55,920 bases of DNA, taken from positions 885,625 to 941,544 of the forward strand of contig JADJGV010000034.1 in NCBI GenBank assembly GCA_016707895.1, read 5' to 3'. The position numbers were made by a program, and so were the translations under genes. The notes under the pieces are model-generated. The model saw only the letters and a program-made list of their open reading frames with translations. It did not search any database and was not told the DNA's origin. Shown in pieces: positions 36,138 to 44,805 of the stretch; within the stretch, counting starts at the first letter, position 1; each line of letters starts with the position of its first letter. The stretch comes from Myxococcales bacterium (GTDB taxonomy: Bacteria; Myxococcota_A; Polyangia; Haliangiales; Haliangiaceae).

Positions 36138-39089
36138 TCAGTCCGCGGCGATCGCGGTGAGCGAGCGCTCGACGCCGCGCGCGAGGCCGACCGTCACGGT
36201 GGTGCCGGCGGGCACCTGGAGCAGGTCCCAGCCGAGCTCGAGGCGCAGGCCCTTCACGTCGTGGCCGTCGACGGTGACGATGGTGTCGCCCGCGACGAGG
36301 CCGGCCTGCGCGGCGGGCCCAGGGCTCACTTCGCTGATCGTGAGCGCGCGCGTCCGCGGATCGGCGTCGGGCGCGGGCTGCACGAACGCCCAACCGAAGT
36401 CGCCCGGCCTGCCGTCGTCGCCGCCCCGGCGCTCGACCATGGGCACGTCGCCGACGTCGTGCACGGGGCCGCCGGTGAGCTCGACGATCCAGCGGACCAA
36501 GGGCCACCGCGCGTCGCGCTCGGCGTTCAGGCCGACGACGTAGACGAGGCCCGCGGGCGCGTTCGGCACGGTGAAACGGCCGCCGGCGTCGCTCAGCTCG
36601 GCGCCGTCGCCCCCCGCCGCGATGGACGGCACGCCGGCGCCCGCGCCGGCGGTCGGGGTGACGTGCGCGCGGACGCCGGGCACCGGCGCGCCCGTCGCGA
36701 GGTCGACGAACCGGCCGGTCACGACGCGCTTCGACTCGAGGACGAGCGCGACGCCGGTCCGGTCCTCGCCGGCGGCGAGCGGCACCGTCGCCTGCACGCG
36801 GCCCGCGGCGCTGTCGACGGCGACGACGAACGCGCCGGCCGGCAGGTCGCGCACGACGAACGCGCCGCCGGTGCGGGAGAAGCGCTCGCGCCGCTCGAAG
36901 CCGGTCTGCACGTCGGAGACGGCGAGCTCGAACGTCTCGGGCGCGCCGCTGCTCGCGACCGTGACGGTGCCGGCGATCGAGCCGGTGCTCAGGATCGTGA
37001 GCGTCGTGTCGCTGCCGGTCGCGACGTGCTCGACCGCGGCCTCGCCGCCGCCGCGCCGGTACGCGCGCACCGTGTGGCGCCCCCGGCCGAGGCCGCCGAC
37101 GGTGAAGCGGCCATCGGTGCGGGTGAGCACCGGCCGATCGGTGCGGCCCCACGTCCAGCGGGTCTGGCGCACGCCGGCACCCGCCGCGACCCCCGGTCCG
37201 TCCGGCTCGCGCACGGCGACGACCCACGCGTCGCCCACCGGTTCGCCGCGCGCGTCCTGCACGACCCCGGTGATCGCGCCGTCCTGCGCCTCGACGACGA
37301 GCCGCACGGTCGCGGTCTGCCCCGCGGCCACCGTGACCGGCTCGCCGCGGTCATCGCCAGCGGCCGCGCCCGGGCGTTGCACGGGCTCGAACCTGCCGCG
37401 CGACACGGTCACGCGGTGCGGGCCCGGCTCGACGCCGTCGATGCGGAACGTGCCGTCATCACCGGTCGCGACCCCGCCGTCGAGCATCCGGATCTCGGTC
37501 GAGACCCGCACGCCGGCCACCGGCTGGCCCGCCGGATCGACGACGATCCCGGCGACGGCGCCGCTCGCCGGAAAGACGATGTCGGCGGTGGAGCCGCCGC
37601 CCGGCGCGACGGTCACCGTCAGGGGCGGCGCTGCGTCGACCTGACCGTTCACGCTAGCCTCGAGCTGGTAGGTCCCGCCTCGCAGGCCGGTCAGGCGATA
37701 GACGCCGTCGTCGCCCGAGCGCGCGAACGCGCCCGGGAAGAACTCGCCCGCGTCCGTGGCCCGCGCCGACACCCACGCGTCGCCGAACGGCGCGCCGGCG
37801 GCGGTCCTGACCGTGCCGGTGATGACGGCGCCCGGCGTCACCGTGAGGATCAGGTCCGCGTGGTCGGCGCCGGCGGCGACCTCGACGGGCGGGTACTTCT
37901 GCTGCGCGGCCTGGTCGTTGCACCTGACGCGCACCTCGTAGCGCCCCGGCACGAGGGACAGGATCGCGAAGGTCCCGTCGAGCTCGATCGAATCGGTCGC
38001 GCGTGCCCGCGATGCCGCATCGGCCAGCATCACGGCGCCGCGCGGACACGGCTCGACCTTGCCCCCGCCGCGATCGATCACCACGGTGCCGCGCACGCGG
38101 CTCGCCGGGTGTACGACGACCACGACGCCGTCCACGTGCTGGCCCAGGCCGAGCAGCACGCTCTCGCCGGCTTCGCCGCGGTAGCCGTCGCCCGACGCGA
38201 CCGGCTTGTAGCGCCCGGGGACCAGCCGCGTCAGACGGAAGCGGCCCTGCGCGTCGCTGCGCGTGCTCGCCCCCGGCTCGTCGTCGTCGAGCGCGACGGC
38301 GACGATCGCGCCGTCGACCGGCCGCGCGTCGCCCGCCGTGACGACCGTGCCCGACAGGCTCGACTCCGGCGTCAGCAGGATCTGCGCGCGCGCGGTCGGC
38401 GCCGACACGTCGCTGTCGCCCGGGGCGTATCCGTCTGCGTGCGCGCCGAGGTGGGCCGGACCCGGCGCGGTCCACAAGGCAAAGCGTCCCTGTTCGTCGG
38501 TGCGAGTGGTCGCGGCGACACCGACCACGGTCCCCGCCGAGATCGCCACCAGCGCGCCGACGATCGGCCCCCCGCTCACGTCCTCGACGGTGCCGCTCAC
38601 CTTCACGCCGCCGGGCGGCAGCGCGAAGTCCACGCCGGTGCGCACCTCGCCTGGCGCGAGTCGAAAGCTGTCGAGCTCGCCCAGCGCGTTGAGCCACGGC
38701 CGCGCGAGGTGCCCGGCGGCGCTCGCGGCGAGCGCGTGGCGCACCGGCAGGAGGTCCTCGAGCGCGTACGCGCCGGCGGCGTCGGTCGTCGCGCACGGCG
38801 GCGCGCGCCACTCGTCGGAGGCGAGGCCATCGGTCGCGAAGCGCGAGCACACCTGCGCGCCGGCGATCGGTCCGCCGCCCGCCGTGCGTACCGTGCCGCG
38901 GACCGCGGCGCGCGGCTGCGTGCGTGGATCGTTCGGCGCGGTCTTCCCGGCCGCGCCGCGCGCGCGACCTCCCGCGACCTCGGCGCCGGCCGCGCCGCGC
39001 GGCTTCGACGAGCGAGCGCGATCGCGCCGCCACCACAGCGCGACCAGGACGACGATCAGGGCGACCACGACCGCAGCGATCCGCTTCAC
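36138..39089 (-). CDS. membrane-anchored protein with ~9 carboxypeptidase-regulatory-like (CarbopepD_reg) domains and a C-terminal PDZ domain
   Basis: N-terminal TM helix MKRIAAVVVALIVVLVALWW. Repeated ~80-aa modules (GTVxxxxGxPxxGAxVxxxx...TDxxGxFxLxxLxPGxYxL). C-terminal PDZ-like LTISEVSPGPAAQAGLVAGDTIVTVDGHDVKGL. Confidence 0.65.
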   Translation of the reverse strand: MKRIAAVVVALIVVLVALWWRRDRARSSKPRGAAGAEVAGGRARGAAGKTAPNDPRTQPRAAVRGTVRTAGGGPIAGAQVCSRFATDGLASDEWRAPPCATTDAAGAYALEDLLPVRHALAASAAGHLARPWLNALGELDSFRLAPGEVRTGVDFALPPGGVKVSGTVEDVSGGPIVGALVAISAGTVVGVAATTRTDEQGRFALWTAPGPAHLGAHADGYAPGDSDVSAPTARAQILLTPESSLSGTVVTAGDARPVDGAIVAVALDDDEPGASTRSDAQGRFRLTRLVPGRYKPVASGDGYRGEAGESVLLGLGQHVDGVVVVVHPASRVRGTVVIDRGGGKVEPCPRGAVMLADAASRARATDSIELDGTFAILSLVPGRYEVRVRCNDQAAQQKYPPVEVAAGADHADLILTVTPGAVITGTVRTAAGAPFGDAWVSARATDAGEFFPGAFARSGDDGVYRLTGLRGGTYQLEASVNGQVDAAPPLTVTVAPGGGSTADIVFPASGAVAGIVVDPAGQPVAGVRVSTEIRMLDGGVATGDDGTFRIDGVEPGPHRVTVSRGRFEPVQRPGAAAGDDRGEPVTVAAGQTATVRLVVEAQDGAITGVVQDARGEPVGDAWVVAVREPDGPGVAAGAGVRQTRWTWGRTDRPVLTRTDGRFTVGGLGRGRHTVRAYRRGGGEAAVEHVATGSDTTLTILSTGSIAGTVTVASSGAPETFELAVSDVQTGFERRERFSRTGGAFVVRDLPAGAFVVAVDSAAGRVQATVPLAAGEDRTGVALVLESKRVVTGRFVDLATGAPVPGVRAHVTPTAGAGAGVPSIAAGGDGAELSDAGGRFTVPNAPAGLVYVVGLNAERDARWPLVRWIVELTGGPVHDVGDVPMVERRGGDDGRPGDFGWAFVQPAPDADPRTRALTISEVSPGPAAQAGLVAGDTIVTVDGHDVKGLRLELGWDLLQVPAGTTVTVGLARGVERSLTAIAAD

Positions 39090-39317
39090 CGGTCGACCCT
39101 AGCGCGGCTCCCGCGCGCGCCGGATCGCGAACGCCGCGACGCAGGGGGCGACCGTGGATCGGTCACATCAGGCTCCCTTCCTACCGAGTGGCAGCCGATC
39201 GGCGCGGCCGCGCCAGCGCGTCGCCGCGCCGGTCACCGCGCGCGCAACCACGCCGCGTAGCGCGCGCGTCCATCGCCGCCTTCGAGCGCGGCGACGAGCA
39301 TCGCCCCCTCCTCGCAC

Positions 39318-39509
39318 ATGGCGACGAGCCCGACGAACATCCCCGCGGGCAGCACACTCTTTGTGGATGCCTACGACGAAGACATCGCGGAGGACGACCC
39401 CATCATGCGTTGCCAGTTCGCTCCCCTCACGGCCGACTTGCTGCACGTCGGCGAAGGGGTCTGCTCCGGTGCGATCGGTACGCTGACCGTCCGCTTCTCG
39501 ACCAACTGA
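39318..39509 (+). CDS. candidate small acidic protein (63 aa)
   Basis: ORF MATSPTNIPAGSTLFVDAYDEDIAEDDPIMRCQFAPLTADLLHVGEGVCSGAIGTLTVRFSTN lies in a 500-bp intergenic region. GC3 is about 85% although local GC is lower, so codon usage supports coding. No homology is inferable. Confidence 0.25.
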   Translation: MATSPTNIPAGSTLFVDAYDEDIAEDDPIMRCQFAPLTADLLHVGEGVCSGAIGTLTVRFSTN

Positions 39510-39595
39510 CGCATCGTCGACGGTCGATCTGGACCCGCCCAGTCGCAGCCACCCGGATCGGGGCTGATGCCGCGCGAGCCGGGCCGAGGGCGTCG

Positions 39596-42500
39596 TCAGC
39601 CCGGCGCCAGCAACGCGAACGCCTCGTAGAGGACGGCGGGCAGCGGCGCGTCGAGGTGCCAGGTGATGGCGATCGGTCGATCGCCGTCGTGGCTGCGGTA
39701 GGTCGCGCCGCCCAGGAAGACGTAGGGCTCGTCCTTCGCGGTCTGCACGAACAGGAAGAAGCGCCAGCCATTGGTCGCGCTGTCGAGGTACCGCCGCCCG
39801 GCGGCGCTGGCCACCCGCGTGCGACCTTGGGTCTCCCACAGGAACAGGTCGCGGCTGATCGCGCGATCGCGGTAGCTGGTGGTCGGTGAGAAGTTCCCGC
39901 TCGACTTGTCGAGCGTCACGAACAGGAGCTCACGGCGCGACGCGTCGAGCTTGAGGATGCCGGCCTGCGGCACGCTGATCTTGTCGCCGCTGGCGCGATC
40001 GCCGACCGCGGTGACGATCTCGTAGCGGCTGTAGCGCCGGTGCAGCGCCAGCGGCCAGTCGGCCTCGGGGTAGACGTCGCCCGCGAGCCCGGGCTTGTCC
40101 TCGAGCACGGCGGTCAGCTCGCGCAGCTCGGCCCGGACCGCCGGGCGCGCTCGGTACCAGTCGGCCACCTCCTCGGCCGCGCGCAGGACGCCGCGCTTCT
40201 GGAGCTGCGCGTCGAGCATGGCCAGGCGGCGCGCGTCGAGCGGCCCCGGGGGTGGCGCGCCGTCGTCGGTGAGCGCGCGGTAGCGGCGGAGCCGCGTCGG
40301 TTCGTCGACGTGGCACAGCCGGCCGAGCCCGCGGCTCGCGAGGTCGGCATCGACATCGGGGGCCGCGAGGCCGGCGGCGACCTGGACGTCGCGCCAGCCG
40401 GCGTCGCCGGTGTACACGTCATCGAGGGGGCGCCCGGTCTCGCGCAGGAACCGCGTCAGCGTGACCGGCGCGCCGTCCGGCTCGGCGGTCGCCCGCTCGT
40501 GCAGCTCGTGCAGCTCCCGCAGCTCGCGGCCGAGGCGCGCCACGCCTCGGCCCAGCGTGCGGCGCAGCGAGTCGAGCACCTGGTCGCGGGCCACTCGATC
40601 GAGCTCGAGCGCGCAGCCGCTGGGCAGGTGCGGGAAGCCGTGCTCGATGGCCTCGCGTAGCCGCGGCCGCGGCAGGCCGGTCAGCGTCGCCAGGATCGCG
40701 TCGTACCGGTACTCCTCGCGGTGCTGGCCGATGAAGTCGAGCACCAGGCACGCGGTCTTGCCCGGGAACAAGCGCAGGCCGCGGCCGAGCTGCTGCTGGA
40801 ACAAGGTCGCGCTGGCGGTCGGGCGGAGGAGCAACAGCACGTCGACGAACGGCAGGTCGACGCCCTCGTTGTACAGGTCGCACGTGAAGACCAGGTTCAC
40901 CTCGCGGTCACGGAGCCGGCGCCGCACGTCGTCGCGCAGCGCCGCGGGGCTGCCGCCATGGACCGCCACCGCCGGCACGCCGAGCGCGGTGGCCTGCGCG
41001 GCCATGTACTCGGCGTGCTCGACGCTCACGCAGAAGCCCAGCCCCCGCACCGCGCGCAGGTCGGCGACGCGGCGCGCGAGCTGCGCCACCACCAGGCGCG
41101 CCCGCGCCTCGTTGCCGGTGTAGAGCCCGGCCAGCGCCGCGGCGTCGTAGCCAGTGCGGGTCCAGCGCACGCGCCGCAGGTCGGTGCCGTCGGTCAGGCC
41201 GTAGTACTCGAACGGCGCGAGGAGCTGCTGCGCCAGCGCGTCGGGCAAGCGCAGCTCGGCGGCGATGCGATCGTCGAAGTCCGGCAGCAGCGACTGCCCG
41301 TCGCTGCGCTCGGGGGTGGCGGTGAGGCCGAGCAGCAGCTGCGGGCGCAGCGCCCGCAGGACCGCCTGGTACGAGGGCGCGGGCAGGTGATGGCACTCGT
41401 CGATCACCACGTAAGCGAAGTGCTCGGCGCCGAGCTGGTCGAGCAGGCGCCCCGCGCTCTGGATGGTCGCGAACACGTGGTCGCCGCGCGCGATCGTCGC
41501 GCCGCCGGCGATCAGCTCGCCGAACCCGCCATCGAGCAGGACCTCGCGGAACGTGTCGCGCGCCTGCTCGACGATCTCCACCCGGTGCGCCAGGTACAGG
41601 AGCCGCGGCGGCGCCGCGGGCGCCTGACGCGCGTAGTCGAACGCGGCGATGACGGTCTTGCCCGTACCGGTGGCGGCGACCACGAGGTTGCGCGTGTGGC
41701 CGCGCTCGACGCGCTCGGCGCGCAAGCGGTCGAGGATGATCTGCTGATACGGGTACGGCTGTGGCGCCAGGCGGCGCGGCGCGGGGCGCGGCGCGGCGTC
41801 GCGTTGGAGCGCGCCGGCCAGCTGGTCTCGGTGGGTCGGGTCCCGCGGATCGTAGCGCTGGAATTCCGGATCCTGCCAGAGGGTCTCGAAGGTGCCGGCG
41901 AAGTGGTCGATCACGTGCGGCAGGTCGCCGCTGGACACCTTCACCACCCACTCGTGGCCGGCGCCGAGCGCCGTGGCGGTGAGGTTGGCCGAACCGACGT
42001 ACGCCGTGGACAGGCCGTTGGCGCGGTGGAACAACCACGCCTTCGCGTGTAGCCGCGTCCGGCGCGTGTCGAACGACACCTTCACTTCGGCGCCGGGCAG
42101 CTCGGCCAGGCGGTGCACCGCCTCGACCTCGGTGGTGCCGGTGAAGGTCGTGGTCAGCACGCGCAGGCGGGTGCCGCTCGACGCCAGCGCCAGCTGTCCG
42201 AGCGCGTCGGCCAGCACGCGCACCCCGCCGATGGTGATGAACGCGACGATGACGTCGACCCGATCGGCGCTGGCGATCTCGCGACGCAGCTCGGAGGCCA
42301 GCCCGGGCTCGAGCGGGCCGCGGGTGAACAGGGTCGAGGCGGTGAACGTCGAGTCGGGACGCAGCGGCCTCGGCCCCGTCCCCACGGCCCACAGCTGGCG
42401 CGGCGGTGGCAGCAGCCGCTGCGCGCGGATGGGCCCGGCGTCGCCATCGTCGAACGCCAGGGTCGTCGCGATCTCCGCCAGCACGCGCTCGACCAGCGCC

Positions 42501-42691
42501 GAGCTCGCCGCGACGCGCGCGTGCTCGTCGAGCGCCGCCAGCGCCCGTCGCACCTCGGTGGCGACCAGCCGCGCGACCTCGCCCGGCAGCTGATCGGGCC
42601 GCAGGTCGCGCAGCTCGGCCACGGACTCGCCGAGCGCCTCGGCGAGCGCCTCCGTCAGCGGATGCTCGTACAGCCCTGGCGCCAGCGGCAT
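39596..42691 (-). CDS. PLD-family nuclease / SF2 (ResIII-type, DEAH) helicase / DUF3427-like C-terminal domain fusion protein (1031 aa)
   Basis: N-terminal PLD-like HxK motif (RLHAKAWLFHRANGLSTAYVGSANLT). Helicase motif I VVAATGTGKT, motif II VIDECHHL, motif III LGLTATPER, motif VI QQLGRGLR. About 300-aa C-terminal domain after the helicase. Start chosen at MPLAPGLYEHP (42691). Confidence 0.75.
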   Translation of the reverse strand: MPLAPGLYEHPLTEALAEALGESVAELRDLRPDQLPGEVARLVATEVRRALAALDEHARVAASSALVERVLAEIATTLAFDDGDAGPIRAQRLLPPPRQLWAVGTGPRPLRPDSTFTASTLFTRGPLEPGLASELRREIASADRVDVIVAFITIGGVRVLADALGQLALASSGTRLRVLTTTFTGTTEVEAVHRLAELPGAEVKVSFDTRRTRLHAKAWLFHRANGLSTAYVGSANLTATALGAGHEWVVKVSSGDLPHVIDHFAGTFETLWQDPEFQRYDPRDPTHRDQLAGALQRDAAPRPAPRRLAPQPYPYQQIILDRLRAERVERGHTRNLVVAATGTGKTVIAAFDYARQAPAAPPRLLYLAHRVEIVEQARDTFREVLLDGGFGELIAGGATIARGDHVFATIQSAGRLLDQLGAEHFAYVVIDECHHLPAPSYQAVLRALRPQLLLGLTATPERSDGQSLLPDFDDRIAAELRLPDALAQQLLAPFEYYGLTDGTDLRRVRWTRTGYDAAALAGLYTGNEARARLVVAQLARRVADLRAVRGLGFCVSVEHAEYMAAQATALGVPAVAVHGGSPAALRDDVRRRLRDREVNLVFTCDLYNEGVDLPFVDVLLLLRPTASATLFQQQLGRGLRLFPGKTACLVLDFIGQHREEYRYDAILATLTGLPRPRLREAIEHGFPHLPSGCALELDRVARDQVLDSLRRTLGRGVARLGRELRELHELHERATAEPDGAPVTLTRFLRETGRPLDDVYTGDAGWRDVQVAAGLAAPDVDADLASRGLGRLCHVDEPTRLRRYRALTDDGAPPPGPLDARRLAMLDAQLQKRGVLRAAEEVADWYRARPAVRAELRELTAVLEDKPGLAGDVYPEADWPLALHRRYSRYEIVTAVGDRASGDKISVPQAGILKLDASRRELLFVTLDKSSGNFSPTTSYRDRAISRDLFLWETQGRTRVASAAGRRYLDSATNGWRFFLFVQTAKDEPYVFLGGATYRSHDGDRPIAITWHLDAPLPAVLYEAFALLAPG

Positions 42692-42898
42692 CGCCCGATG
42701 ATAGGAGCTCGCGGCGCTGCCGTCAGGGGTCGGCGCGCCTGTTGGCGCAGCGTCTGCGGTGATGGACGCCGGCGGCGACAGGGCGCGCGCTGCATGCTCA
42801 GGCCGTCGGGCCGGCTTGTTGCCACCGCTGGCAGCCGATCGGAATGGCGGCGCCACCCGCGCCGCATCACCCGGCATGGGGCTGCCACCCGCGTGGCG

Positions 42899-44206
42899 TC
42901 AACCGCGCTCACCCATCCAGTCTTCGGGCAACCCGGCGCGCAGCCGCGTGGCCAGCGCGCGGAGGCCGTCGATCGCGTCGGCCACGTCGTCATCGGCGCG
43001 CGCGGAGAGCACCTCGCCGAAGGTGAAGCCGATCGCGTCCGGCGCCCGTGGCGGTGGACCCGGGGCGCTCGCGCCGCGCCGATGGGCCAGGTCGCTGGTG
43101 GTCGATCGCAGCGCCGCGGCCAGGTACGCGTGGGACTCGCGGCGGTCCTCGGCCAGCGCCGCCGCGAGCTCGCGGTGGCACCAGCGCTGATCGATCGCCG
43201 CGAGCAGCGACGCCATCTCGCACACCGCGATCGGCACGTCACTCCGCAGCGCGCGGCGCACCAGCGGCAGCGCGCGGTCGGGCAGCCGCTCGAGGGCGAG
43301 GGTCGCGAAGTCGGCGAGGAGCGGGTGCCCGCCGTAGCCCGCGACCCGCGAGAGCCCGGCCCAGGCGTCGAAGCGCTCGCGCACGAGCTCGCGCTCGAGG
43401 TCGCGTTCGAGCAGGTAGGCGCAGGCCTGGTACGGCGAGAACGGATGATCGACCGCGACGTCGGCGCGGCGGAGCGCCTCGGCGACCGCCGCCGTCACGT
43501 CGACGTCGGGCCGCGCGCGCAAGAGCTCGATGGCGCGACCCTCGTGCCAGTCCTTACGGCCGAACAGCGGCCGGCACAGGCCCACGGCCTCCTCGGCGGT
43601 GGTCCCGCGCAGGGCCAGGGGTAGCAGGTCGCCGGGGCGCTCCGACGCGTGGACCCTCATCGACAACCACGCCCGGTGGGCGGCGACGTGGGCCTCGTCA
43701 CCGCCCGGTTCGATGATGGCCAGCCAGCGCGCCCGGCCGTCCGCGGTGTCGAGCTCGGCGGCGACCTCGCCGGCGCGCGCCTCGAGCTCCGGCGCCAGCG
43801 TGACGTGGTTCTTGTACTTCGTCGTGTACCGCACCAGCCCGACGGCGGCGAGCTCGTGGATCCCATCAACGATCACGTCGTCCGATGGGCGCCAGCGCCA
43901 GAGGCGCGGCTCGGCGATGCGGGTCGGCGACGTCGCGAGCGACGCGACCCGGGCCGTGAAGAACCACGTGTCGATCACCTCGCCGGTCTCGGTCAGGAAG
44001 TCGGCGTCGAGCAGCTCGCCGTCGGGGCCGGTCAAGCACAGGCCGATGCCGTGGCGGCGGTAGGTCCAGCCTGCATGCCCCGGCAGGTCGCCGTCGTCGT
44101 CGTCGCGGTCGAGGGCCGCGCGCGCGACCGCGTGGTGCCAGCGCTGGCGCTCGCGCTGCACGAGGAGCGCGACGACCAGCCAGCTCAGGTGCGGTGGGCC
44201 CCACAT
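42899..44206 (-). CDS. hypothetical protein (435 aa), immediately upstream of the nuclease-helicase gene
   Basis: Intact ORF with diverse composition. Acidic run DRDDDDGD near the N-terminus. No motif recognised. Confidence 0.45.
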   Translation of the reverse strand: MWGPPHLSWLVVALLVQRERQRWHHAVARAALDRDDDDGDLPGHAGWTYRRHGIGLCLTGPDGELLDADFLTETGEVIDTWFFTARVASLATSPTRIAEPRLWRWRPSDDVIVDGIHELAAVGLVRYTTKYKNHVTLAPELEARAGEVAAELDTADGRARWLAIIEPGGDEAHVAAHRAWLSMRVHASERPGDLLPLALRGTTAEEAVGLCRPLFGRKDWHEGRAIELLRARPDVDVTAAVAEALRRADVAVDHPFSPYQACAYLLERDLERELVRERFDAWAGLSRVAGYGGHPLLADFATLALERLPDRALPLVRRALRSDVPIAVCEMASLLAAIDQRWCHRELAAALAEDRRESHAYLAAALRSTTSDLAHRRGASAPGPPPRAPDAIGFTFGEVLSARADDDVADAIDGLRALATRLRAGLPEDWMGERG

Positions 44207-44333
44207 CGCGAGAGCATACGGCCAGTGGTGTCCCGTCAGGCCGCATGACCGGCCTCGCCGCGATCACCGTCCCGGCCGTCGCCGCGCCCAGCGCCGGGCA
44301 GATCGAATCGGCCGGCGAGGCGTCGACACGGAC

Positions 44334-44765
44334 ATGCGGTGTTCGACGGTCCGGTTGCGTGCGCTCGGCCTCGCGCTCCTGGTCCTCGGCTGCCGGGCCA
44401 CCGGCCCGCCGTCGCGCGCGGTCCCCGCACCGGCGAGCGAGGCGGCCGTGGCGGTAGCCGGGGCACCGGCCGGGACGCCGGTCGATCCATGGCAGGCGTG
44501 CGCGGTCGACGACGACTGTGCCGTGGTGGAGATCGACCGCGGCGCGTGCGACCTCTGCGCGAACACGTACGCGGTCGCGCGCGGGCGAGCCGACGAGGCG
44601 CGCGCGCGCGCCGCGCTGACAGAGCCGGTCGAGGTCTGCACGGATCGCGATCACTCGTGCCCGGCGGCGACCGCCGCCTGCGTCGACGGCGCCTGCGCGC
44701 TGCAGGTCCCCGCCGACCCGCCACGCGCGGCGCGCCGCTGGTTCAACCCGCTGCCGGCCCGCTGA
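44334..44765 (+). CDS. small Cys-rich lipoprotein (143 aa)
   Basis: MRCSTVRLRALGLALLVLGC is a lipobox signal. 10 Cys in the mature part (CAVDDDCAVVEIDRGACDLC...CVDGAC). Lies 40 bp upstream of CotH. Confidence 0.45.
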   Translation: MRCSTVRLRALGLALLVLGCRATGPPSRAVPAPASEAAVAVAGAPAGTPVDPWQACAVDDDCAVVEIDRGACDLCANTYAVARGRADEARARAALTEPVEVCTDRDHSCPAATAACVDGACALQVPADPPRAARRWFNPLPAR

Positions 44766-44805
44766 CCTTCGGCTGGTCGCGGCCGCCGCTCGTGTACGAT
44801 GGAGA

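Noticed and set aside
39189-39202. Sigma-54 promoter interpretation of TGGCAGCCGATCGG
   Set aside because: The -24 TGGCA element is present, but the -12 TTGC element at the required spacing is absent in all copies. A palindromic TF site or dispersed repeat fits better.
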